This document shows, in pieces, positions 38,601-50,600 of a DNA stretch of 64,000 nt. The position numbers and the translations under genes were made by a program. Within the stretch, counting starts at the first letter, position 1, and every line of letters starts with the position of its first letter. Below the pieces are notes generated by a model. That model did no database searches and was not told where the DNA came from. It worked only from the letters and a program-made list of their open reading frames with translations. Source of the DNA: Isurus oxyrinchus (taxonomy: Eukaryota); contig JANJGN010000002.1 in NCBI GenBank assembly GCA_026770705.1, positions 42,594,001 to 42,658,000 of the forward strand. Reading direction: 5' to 3'.

Positions 38601-41600
38601 CAATCCCATTCTTTGTCTCAGACAGTCTTGAACCTTTATTAACATCTCAAAGGAACTCATGGCGGTTGTCAGCTAGCAAGACTTCAGTTGAGTTAAATAA
38701 GAGCATAGTTACATACGAACGTACGAAATAGGAGAAGTAGTAGCCCATTCAGCCCTTCAACCCTGCTCTGCTATTCAATACGATCATGGCTGATCTGTAT
38801 GTGTTTCAAGTTCCACATTCCCATCTATCCCAATAACCTTCGATTCCCTTGCCTAACAATAATTTATCTCCCTCTGCTTAAAAATATTTAATGACCCCAC
38901 CTCCACCATTTTCTGAGGCAGAGAGTTCCAAGGTCACATAACTCAGAGAAAAGAAAATTCTCCTCATCTCTGTCCTAAATGGATGACCCCTAATTTTAAA
39001 ACAGTGCCCCCTACTTCAGGATTCACCCACAAGAGGTCATAAGACAACCCATTCATTCCAGGTATCACTATAATAGGCAGAATTCCTGGCATAACCCAGA
39101 AACTTCCCAGACACACTCCCAAAGGGGTAATCCTTCAATTAGAATTTGGGATAGGCTAGAAAAAGGGCAGAAAAATGGAATTTCCTTGGAGCTGTTTTCA
39201 TTGGGTTTCCATTACACAGATCATTAAGGGACCATAAAGACTAAGGAAAGTTTCTTTGAGCATAGGGGGCTTCACTGGCTTCCCAGCAGCTTAATAAATA
39301 CATGATAGATGCAATATTGTTAATGTATAACTGCTGGGTCTTTCATGGCATTGTTCACAGTAAATAGATGATCCATTAGAACGCTTCTGTCCTCGTAAAC
39401 AATGAAATACCAGAGTCACACTAATGCTTTTACGACTAGCAGATGTTCCATGTTACTAAAGTTAGGTTAGATGATATGCTGTTTTCTAATCACAATGTTA
39501 AAGGCCACAAAAAACTAATTTATGGTCAAGAAACCATGGGTGATGACAGAATTTAACAGCTCTTCAGTCTTCAAGTTACCAATCTGCCTCTCTTTTTAAA
39601 AATATCGATAGTAAGGCAACACAGAGGTTAAAAGCACTCCAAATCTTATGCCAAACAATATTTTATTCTTCACATATTCGGTCAAGTGTGACACAGAAAT
39701 TTTAGGTGGCACTAGAGGTATGGCAATCAGGAAATGTGCACAAGATGTACCACTTGTATATTATTACACATCTCTTTTGTTATTCACTGTTGAGGATATT
39801 GGGATTTGGAAATGTGGAAAGGCACATAGATTCACTGGGGGGAAAAAACTGGGAATAAAACATTTGTTAGAAATCACCCCAAAAACTGTGAAGTAAATAT
39901 TCTTTGAACAGGAAGTAGATAAATAAATAAAAGTTTCCCCTCACATACCTTAGTTAAATGAGCACATCTCTGCAGATAATTTGGAGCAGCAGTTCTTGAT
40001 ACTGCCAAGTATTTAGGATGTGTTTTTTTATATAAAAACCGTGGAATTGACCGCGTTTAATGTTCTTATTTTCACTCTTCCTGCTTTACTAAATAGCTTT
40101 GACACAACACTTAATGTACTCAAACAGAAACTCTTGATAAGACATTTTAAATTCAAAATTTCTATCCAGAGTCTCCCTCTAAACTTACATAATTATCAGC
40201 AGTAACTCTGGATTGATACACCAGAACGATGTTACAAAAGGATGGTTTGGAATTTATATACAATTAATAGAGCATGTTTTGTGAACATTCAGGCCTACTG
40301 TCAATCATTCAAAAAAACCTCCAAGTTGCACAGACGTGCATGATCCCAACTGCAACCTACTTGTTTGAATCTCTTCAGGATACAGAAAGGATTACCTCTT
40401 GGGACCTGTGTGAACTCAAGGTTTAGGCTTCTAACCTAGGCAGAGACCTTTGACAAAAAAAGCTTGATTACAGGCATTTCAAAAGAATACAAGTTGCTGT
40501 GTAGCTAAATTGACTATTTTTTGTGGGTCTTTAGTATATGTTCTTAGCTTATGGGAGGGAGCAAGTGCATGGCAGTAAAGAACTTCAAAAATATTTGGGA
40601 ACATTTGTCTGGCTCCCCTTCTGTTCTCTGCTGTTGGTAGCTCTGCTGATTGGCTATTTTCCACTGAAGTTTTTTAGAACTGTTAATTGGTAGTTTTCCT
40701 GCCTGCCTTGGTATGCGTTAATTGTTAAGTTTAGGACCAGTTCTCATCTGATTTGTCACTGCTTGATATGAAAATGAAATCTGATTAAATCAGGCATACA
40801 ATGGCGCTAAAATTTGCATTTGTTACATCTGTCAAAGATAGCATAATAAGCTGAGATGTAGTGAATCTTCTAAATCAAGGTTTCCCAAACCATGGTTTAT
40901 GACCAGAGATGAGATTCTGGGATCACAAGCTCCAAGGCAGCAATGGCTGCAACTGAGTGCTGACAACTGTGAGGCCCCTTTAAATCCTTGTGTTTTTTCT
41001 ATTGGTGGGCATGGCCTAATGGACAGATCTTTGAGGCCTGATTCCTGCTGCAAAAAAGCCTATGAAAAGGTGTGTTTTTTTTTAAATTGTAGTTTTAACA
41101 CACCCCAGCATGCTACCCCCACGCCTCACTCTCACAAATCTCTTTCCCCTTCACTGTCACAAATCTCCCCACTTCACTCTCACAAATCCATCCTCCCCAC
41201 CCCCTCACCACTCTACTTCCTCCCACCCCACTCTCACTCTGGGGTCACAGCAATTTTCAAGCTTCAAAATGGGATCACAGTGGAAAAAACTTTGGGAAGC
41301 ACCGTTCTAGATCATACATAATGCAATCCAAGTGTGTTGATGGATGCTGTGTGCAATGAGTCCAAAGGGATATGCCCACGTCCTGGATGGTGTCAAGCTT
41401 CTTCAATATTGTTGCCATTGCACCCATCCAGAAAAGCGTCTACTCCAGAACTTTGAACATCAGCTTTGCAGATGGTGTCTTAAGTTTTCAAGGGTAAGGT
41501 GGTGAACTGCTTGTCACAGAATATCCAACTTATTCTTAATCATTTCAGTTGTCCAGTCAACAATCTTCCTGTTTTCTCTCCTCAAAGAATTTTTGCCTAC

Positions 41601-44600
41601 CCTGAAATAATACAAATTCTATTTGTCGGTCAACATAAAGTTGAGATTGCATTTTTTTTAATGTCAGCACTGGTTCAGTGGAAGTTGGGCTGACACTTCA
41701 GTGCAGAACTGAGGGAAGGCTGCACTACTGCAGGTATCACCTTTTGAATGAGATATTAAAGTGAGGCCCTAGCTGCCCATTCTGATGGATACAAAAGAAC
41801 ACATGACACTAATCAACCTTTGCATTATTGTTTCCTCAGGCCAGTACTTTTTTTCTATAAGCATTTATCAATTATCACCTCTGGCCTTGGTATGGCAGTG
41901 AAGTTGAACAGCAATTTATTCTACAATTTTCATGGTGGACACTTCTTATGCTCAGAAAAAGAACCAGTTGTGAGGGAGAATGCATCAAGCTCTGAGAACA
42001 CTGCAGGATCAATATCTACTGATGACTTAATTAACTTATGATTCCCAAAAGTTAATTCTTAAGTATACTTCTTCTCAAGGAGAATGCTAGATGTAATCCC
42101 AAATGGCGGGAGTCCACATGATTAGGCCTATTTTGCTGCTAAATATTAAGAACATCCCGAGGTATCAAGTGTTTAACCATCTTTCAAGGACAATTCAATA
42201 GCTGACTTGAAAAAGTTTCAAATCACCACCTATGATCAAAAAAAGCTTGAGTAACTCCCCAGCTTCAGAAAAAATGACTTCCAGGAATTGTGTCTGATAT
42301 ACATATGTCAAACAGGATAACCTCACTCATGGTAAACAAACTTACACCAACTTATATCTATTTAATGCCTTTAGCTTAGAATAACATCCCAAGATAATTC
42401 ACAGAAGCATAATCAAAACAAAGAAGGAAACATCAGGGTGGGTAATCAAAGGGTTGATCAAAGAAGTGAGCTCTCCAAAACAAAAGGACAGATATAATAA
42501 AGAAGTGATATTGAACAAAATGGTCCTTTTAAAACAGGTGTAACATGTCACATTTACAGTAATCTTACTGTGAATACAACCTATTTAAATACGATACATA
42601 TTTTTTTGAATTTCAGTACTTACAATGGCATCAGCAAAAAGTGAATTAGAGTTGTCAATAGTGCAGGCTGAACCGAGCAAATCATCCTCATCTATCTGTG
42701 AAAACCAAAGATCCAAGATCGAGTTGTACTAAACAACAACAAATGGCATTTATAAAGCACCTATAATGTATTACGATGCACCAAGGTCTTTCACAGGAGC
42801 AATTAAAAAACAAAATTTGATGTTGAGCCACAAAGATACAAGGACAGATGACCAAAAGTGTTCTTTTATTCACTTGCAGAATATGGGTGCCTGGTCAATG
42901 ACTAATCCCAGAATGTTGATGATGAAGGATTCAACAATGATAATGCCATTGATTGTCGTTGGGAGGTGGTTAGACTCTTGTTGGAGATGATCACTGGCTG
43001 GCTGGCTGGCACTTGTGTGGCATAGATGTTACTTCGCCACTTATCATTTCAAGCCTGGATGATGTGCAAGTCTTTCTGCACGTGGGCATGGACTGCTTCA
43101 TTTTCTGAGGAATTGAGAATGGAACTGATCAAAGAGGTAGGTTTCAAGGAGTGTGTTAAAGGAGAAAAGAGAGGGACGGAACCAGAGAGAATTAAGAAGG
43201 GAATTTCAGAACTTAGAGCTTGATAGCTGAAGGCACAGCTTCCAAAGGTGAGGCTAAGGAAATCAAAGATCCACAAGAGGCTCAGAGATCTCGAAGGGTT
43301 ATAGAAATGGAGGTTAGAGAGATGTCAGATTGTGCAGATCAGTAGCTACAGGCACAATGGCAGCCTTCCATCTCGTGAGATGATGGTTTGCGCCATGGTG
43401 GTAAGCAACATCTAGTGTGGCTCAGGAGCCCCACTCTGGCATGGCAGATTCTGTCACATTTGCTGCAAAGGGAGACAGTGGGCTGAGAAGGCGCAAAATT
43501 CACCGGCCTCCGTTTTCTCTGGGCCTTCTTCTCTGCCAGCTGAGCTTTTTGTTTCTGCTTGCCTCATCCAATGTCCTTCCAGTCAGCCCTTTTAAAATTC
43601 TTTTACAGGGTGTGAGCGTCGCTGTATAGCCCAACAGTTATTGTTTACCCCTAATTGTGCTTTGGAAGGTAGTAATGAGCCACTTTCTTGAACCACTGCA
43701 GTCCATGTGGTGTGGGTACACCCACAATGCTGTTAGAAAGGGAGTTCCTGGATTTTAAACCAGCGACAGTGAAGGAAGGACAATACAGTTCCAAGTCAGA
43801 ATGGTATGTGGTTTGGAGGGAAACTTGCAGGTGGTGGTGATCCCATGCATCTGCTGCCCTTATCCTTGCAAGCGGTTGCAGGTTTGGAAGGTGCTGTCAA
43901 AGGACTCTTGGACTGTTGTTGCAGTACATCTTGTAGATTGTACACACTGCTGCCACTGTGCATCAGTGGTGGTGGGAGTGAACGTTGAAGGTGGTGGACG
44001 GGATGCCAGTCAAGGGAGCTGCATTGCCCTGGATGGTGTTGAGCTTCTTGAGTGCTGTTGGAGCTAAGAATGCTATCATACGGGCCTTACTCTGCAATAA
44101 CCTGCTTACTGACGCTCAATTTGGGTTCCTCCGGGGCCATTCAGCTAATGACATTATAGCCTTGGTCCAAACATGGACGAAAGAGTTGAACTTAAGAGGT
44201 GAGGTGAGAGTGACTGCCCTTGACATCAAAGCCACATTTGATCAAATATAGCATTAAGGGTCCCTAGAAAAACTGGAGTCAACGGGACTAAGGCGGAAAC
44301 ACTCCAAGGGTTGAAGTCATACCTATCACAAAGGAAGATGGTCATAGTTGTTGGAGGTTGATCATCTCAGTCACAGGACATCATTGCAGGAGTTCTTCAG
44401 GGTAGTGTCCTTGGCTCAACCATCTTCAGCTGCTTCATCAATGACCTTCCCTTTATCATAAGGTCAGAAGTGGGGATGTTCGCTGATGATGCATAAAGTG
44501 ACTCCTCATATACTGAAGCAGTCCATGTCCTTATGCAGCAAACCTGGACAATATTCTGGCTTGGACCGATACATGGCAAATAACAATCATGGCACACATG

Positions 44601-47600
44601 TGCCAGGCAATGCCATCTCCCCTTGACATTCAATGGCATTACCATTGCTGAATGCCCCCCACTATCACATTCTGGGGGTTACCATTGACCAGAAACTGAA
44701 CTGGATCAGCCATATAAATACTGTGGCTACAAGAGGTCAGAGGCTGGAAATTCTGCAGCGAGTAACTCACCTTCTGGATCCGCAAAGCTTGGCCACCATC
44801 TTCAAGGCACAAACCAGGTTTGTGATGGTACTGTCCAGCTGCCTGGACGAGTGCAGTTCCAGAGGTCACGGCTGTCAGCAATCGTCTTCCAGTTGTCAGC
44901 AACAGTGTCCACCCATCTTCATATTTCACTTGCAAATGTCCTTGTAGCAGAGGTACGGATTCCCAGGAGATCAGAACGCAGTAGCCAGTTCACTGTACGG
45001 AAGGTCTTTACGTGTATGGCCGTCATCCATCCGATGAATGTGGCTGAGCCAGCGCAGACATCATTGGTTAGCAAAGAGTTTATGCTGATAGAATTAGTAT
45101 GCTCCAGAACCAAGTTGATGAACCTGTCCTGCCAAAAGATGCCGAGAATACATCAGGAAAGCGAAGGTGGCAACTTCAGCCTTTTCTCCTGCCTGGCAAA
45201 TGTAGTCCAGATATCACCACTGTAGAGAGGTGCACTGAGGATGCAGGCTTGGTAGACTGGCAATTTGGTGTTCTCAGTCAGGTTGCTGTTGTTCCACACT
45301 CTTACTCAGCTTGGACATAACAACTACAGCTTTTGCAGTCTGTGTGTTGACTTCAGCATCAAGTCACAGATTTCCAGTCACTGTAGAACCTAGATATGTA
45401 AAATTAACAACAACTTCCAATGTCACATTAACAATGCAGATAGATGGTGGTATGGCAACATCCTAGACCATGACATTTGTCTTCCTGATGCTGACGGTCA
45501 AACTAAACTCTATACAGGCATGAGAGAGTCTGTCCATTTGCTGCTGAAGGTGCTCTGGTATGGAATGCTAATGCAATCGTCACTGTAGAGCAACTCTCTG
45601 ATGAAGACTTGGCGCACTTTCTTCTTGGATCTCAGGGGAGCATGGCTGAACAGCTTTCCATCAGTTCTGGTATGTAAGTAGACACCCTCAGTAGATGACC
45701 TGAAGGCATATGACAGCAGCAAAGAGAAGAATATGTCAAAGAATGTCGGTACCAAAATACAACCCTGTTTGACCCCATTGCAGGTCTCAAAGGGTTCTGT
45801 TGCTGCCCTATCACAGCTGATCTTACCCATTATGTCATCTTGGAAAGCAGAGGTTGTATTGAGCAGTTTCGGCAAGCAGCCAATTTTCAAAGCAGCTTAA
45901 ATAGACCGCCTCTGCTCACATGGTCAAATACTTTGTTGAGATCAATGAAGATAACATATAGTGGTCTCCTTTGTTCTCTTGCAGCTGCACTGGATAAGGT
46001 CATGTCAATTGTAGAACTTCCAGTTCCGAAACCACACAGATTCAGGATTCAGCCAGGATCTGCAGTCTGACAAGGGTGACACAGGCAAATACTTTTCCCA
46101 AAATGCTCAGCAGAGAGATGTCTCAATAGTTGTTGCAATTCCTGCAGCTGCCCTGATTCTTGTACAGAGTCATGATCTTTGCATCACGCAAACCTGAGGC
46201 ATTGCCCCATCCCTCCAGCAGAGGCAAAGAAGTTCATGCAGATGCTGCAGGAGTGCCAGTTTCTCATACTTGAGTTCAGATGGTACAGTGTCAGCACCTA
46301 GAGCTTTGCCCATGACAGATGAGTCAATAGCTTTGCTAAGTTTCTCCACTGTGGGCTTAATATCCATGACAGGCAAGCTTTCTATGGTGTCTAGAGCTTC
46401 CTTATTGACAGTACTGACTCTAGAGTACAACTCAAGATAGTGTTTCACCTATCTCTCCAACTATTTATTGCAGTCTGTGTTGCCCTGCTTTTGTTTCCAA
46501 TGGAGCCATTTTCTTTGCTGATGAACCTGTTGCGTTTTTGATCCCTTCATACATGCCCTAGCATTCCCATGTGTCAAAAGACATCTGGATATTCAGGCAA
46601 AGCTGCAACCAGTAGTTATTGACATACTGCCTATAAGTCTGTTGGACTTTATTTTGAGTGGCTCTTAGTGCATTCAGAGTCTTCTCACTAGGATTTTTCT
46701 TGCAGTTAATGAGAGTGGACCATTTGGCTTGAATAACAGGTTCCATCATGGTAATGTTAGCCTCCAACCAGTCAGCAATTCCATCTGTTGAGAGAGCTGT
46801 ATTTTGAGCGGTTTCTCGAAATATGTTCCATTTCGCTTCTGTACTCTCTGTGGGAATGCCGGAGAGCACCTGTTCAATCGTGTTGAGGAACTGTTGGTTT
46901 TTATCCGGGTAGGTAGCATGGTTAATGTTGATACTAGGGCAGCGTTTCTGCATTGAATGAAAAACTTCAAAGATTGTGTCCCAACCCTGGTGCAACCAGG
47001 GAGTGATCTGTATCATAAATCAGCACTGTGGTAGTTGCCTGTGTCCTACAGGTCACTGTGATGCATCTAGTGTGTAGGTGAAGGTACGCTTTCGACTTTT
47101 GTGTGCCGGCTTGCTTCTCATTTTCTACCTACACCCCTGTACCTGCTGGCTAGCAGCAATGCAAAAAAAAGAGCCAAATGTGTAAGTCTCTCCCTGTCAC
47201 TGCACAGCCTTTCCATCGGCAAGTCCTTAGCTTTGCCTCCTCGTGGCACCACACAGAAACTGGGTCCGTTGTGGCTGCAGGCTAAAGTTTCAAAGGAACT
47301 TGGAGGAGGTTTGGCCCTCAGGCATGCAGCGTGCAAACTCTTCAGCATGTGGACACATAGCACTCATGAACCAAGCTTCCAAGCATGTGCAAATAGCTGC
47401 CTTATGGATACCCTGGGAAAGTTGAAGGCTAAAGGAGTAAACCCTGACAAAAAACTTGGACTGGAGCTCAAAGGTAGACTATGTCCTAATATGTCACCTT
47501 TCCAGCAACTCCTGCAAGCAAGCCATTGCCAAAGGCAGTGCTTTGAATTCCTTTGGACTAAACTGGGGAGGCTGAGAGGGGGACTCTCTCGTTTAGGCAG

Positions 47601-50600
47601 CCCAGGGTTTCCATAAATTTTGCCCAGGCTTGCGCCCTGAACAGGGCGTTACGATTTCACTGCAAAGCGTTAACACAACACAGGAGACGGCAGTTACGAG
47701 AGGCAAGTCCAACTTGATTGGCATAGGGAACGGGTGCCAGAGGCTGTCTCAGAAAGTAGGAGGGACCATTGCATTCCACTAGTCAGCCATCTGACTAGTC
47801 GGGAAGCCCCTGGCTAGTAAGGTGCTGACCTGCCATGGTCCAGCTGCTTTAATGGGAGCTTGGAGCTTAGAGTCTCTGTTCAACAAGTGGACAGTATCCA
47901 TCACACCAGACAAACTAACTAAACAAAAAGAAAGAAAGAAGATGACAACTGTTCAATTGGCAAGCTGGAACGCCAGGACACGTGCATAGGATTGACAGAC
48001 GACTTGAAGTTAGTTGATAACACACGCGAGACAGCTGTAATCGACATGGAACTTCATAGGCTGAGCATTGACATAGCTTCCCTAAAAGAGATCAGACTCA
48101 CCAAGAGTGGATCACTAAAAGAAAAACATTACACGCTCATCTGGCAGGGGAGGAGCTCAGAGGAAACACATGAGCCTAATGTAGGCTTTGCTGTAAGGAA
48201 CTGACTACTCTCGATGATACAACCCCCTAAAAAGGACTCAGAACATATTCTCTCCATCTGCCTCTCAATTCAAACAGGGCCAATTAATCTCATGAGTATC
48301 TATACTCCAACACTATGCTCCAAATAGAGGGCCAACATTTAGACAATTGGGAACGTGTAAGTGCAGTTGTAAGTGATTTGGGAGACAGTTATGTCAAGGA
48401 GCAGCAGGCAGGCAAAAGATTCCTTCTGAACGCTTACACAAGTCAACATTGAGTAATTTAAGTTATTATGTGTACCCAGAGATTGAGACTTGCCTGTATT
48501 GCGTTGGGGGTTAAGACCATCACAACTCAGGAAAACTTTATTAGGGACTTTGCTGAACTCCGATTTTCGAAATCTGCCACTTTTTTAAATACAGAACAGC
48601 TTTGGCTTGCTATCCAATTTGCACTGGCTATACCAGCACTGGCTATACCGACACTGTCTCCTTTTGAATCCTGGTAACATACTATGTCATCATTTTGTTT
48701 TTAATCCTGTTACTATTAAATTCTGTTGATCAGAAAAAAGCAGAAATATACCAAGTTGTCAATTCTACTTGATCCAAGGCCACTTTTGCTTTAAAATTTT
48801 ATGCTAGATACACTTAATGTAAGGCTACTTGACAAAGAAATCAATAAAATGTCGATGGATGTATTAATTGTTAATTTAGAAGCATTAAGATTCATAGCGG
48901 TAAACATAAAAATACTTACTTCTTGACTACCAGGTCCATGAAGAAAATCATTCAATGCCTGTACATCGCTATAAAAATAAAAAAAGTAACCAATGAAACC
49001 ATATTAATTCTTTAAACAATTTACAAGTTGCTTAATTACATTGCAAATTACGAATAGTTTCCAGGATGAGAAAAAGTTGATGCTTACTTTACAAAAAAAT
49101 ATAAATCTGACTAGAAGATTTTTTTCAAATCGACTGTAGAACAGACTGTGCACAACTACCAACTACACAATGCACATACAATATCAAAACAGGAAATGAA
49201 ATGTTTAACCTGTTACTATTGCAGATCTAAGTCTAGTATCTTATTTTTGCTCTGAAATGAATGACCAATTTAAAGTAAAATTTTCTGCATGAGTGGCCCA
49301 ATAAACCTACACCACATAAGAGTCAAGTCTTATCATAGAAGTGCTAATAGGAATTATGAAATTTTTGAACCAGACCGTAGTGTGACTATTTCGGTAGCTA
49401 CAGTAAACAAAAATTAGCACTTTGACTACTTTTGAGATAAGCAGCAGGATTCCATGTTTAGGTCGGGACCCTGACATTGGGGTCAAATACAGGTCCCGAA
49501 CTTCACTATGTCATGCATAGCAATCCAACAGCAATTTTGCCAAGATTGTCCAACTAGTGGCTAAATAGCATGCTAGGTGTCCAATTAAGAATGACAGGCA
49601 AGCTTTCGAAACTGGAGAGCCAATAGGAGGCCCTCCAGTATGGAACGAGCTGCAGTCTGTCACTACCTTTTAATTAACTCAATTGGCTATCCATCACTTG
49701 CAGACAGATAGCAGTTCTGCCTCCAATCCAGCCTCCAGGAAAATGGCCTAGGGGTAGGATGATGCCGGCAAATTGTCCAGCAATGCAAATTTACACACCC
49801 ACCTGCCTCAATTCAATTCTCCGTATCAGGACCAAAATCTTGCCTCAGGAAAGGAGGCCAAAATGATTGTTTGGATTTCATTGCAAAATGGATGTATTTA
49901 TACTGGAATTGAATGGAGGTCTAGCTCAAACAAGCCAAAAATGTGGCACAGTGAAGTCTAAATTTTATCCTACAATTCTCTGAATATTCAGGATACTACT
50001 CTAGGAGTTGCATTGAAAGAAACTTTAAATAGAAGAAAACAAAAGGCAAAATATACAGAGTTTAATTTTGTTTTTCAGTACTTTTAAAAAATCTTCCCAT
50101 ACCATACACCGGTGATGAAGGCCATGAAGACACGATAGTATACCAGTTACATGCCCTTGTTTATGGTATTGTATAACTAGCCACTATAAGTTTGGAACAA
50201 CAAAATTGGGATGCCCTCCAGTGTTCCCTACCTTTTTACGGAAAATGTCTCACCTCGACTGAACAACTCTACCCCCAACCCCACCCTTAAGATTCAGAAA
50301 TCAGGAATGCACTGGGGAATTTGGAGAGAACAAACCCTTATTGTGACATGGTGTAATGGCATACTAATCTACTGTAATCAAGGTTCCAAGAAACAAAGGT
50401 CCGAAACACACAGAAAAGAATTAAAGATGTGAGAGTGGGAATAGAATTACAGAATTAAAGAAATAAACTAGACACAAGTAGAGAAAGATTCACAGAAAAA
50501 GTTACAGAAAGGACCATTACAATCAGTACAGCACAAAAGGCGGTCATTCAGTCTGCCATGTCCATGCTGGCTCTCTGCAAGAGCAACTCAGCTAGTCCCA

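Noticed and set aside
47101-47616. 171-aa ORF as a novel protein
   Set aside because: It lies within the RTE 5' UTR-like sequence, starts at GTG and has no recognisable motif.
48621-48649. Short direct repeat gcactggctatacc x2 (also caaccattgtgcca x2 near 19937-19976)
   Set aside because: Simple slippage-type micro-duplications with no array or spacer structure, so not CRISPR-like.
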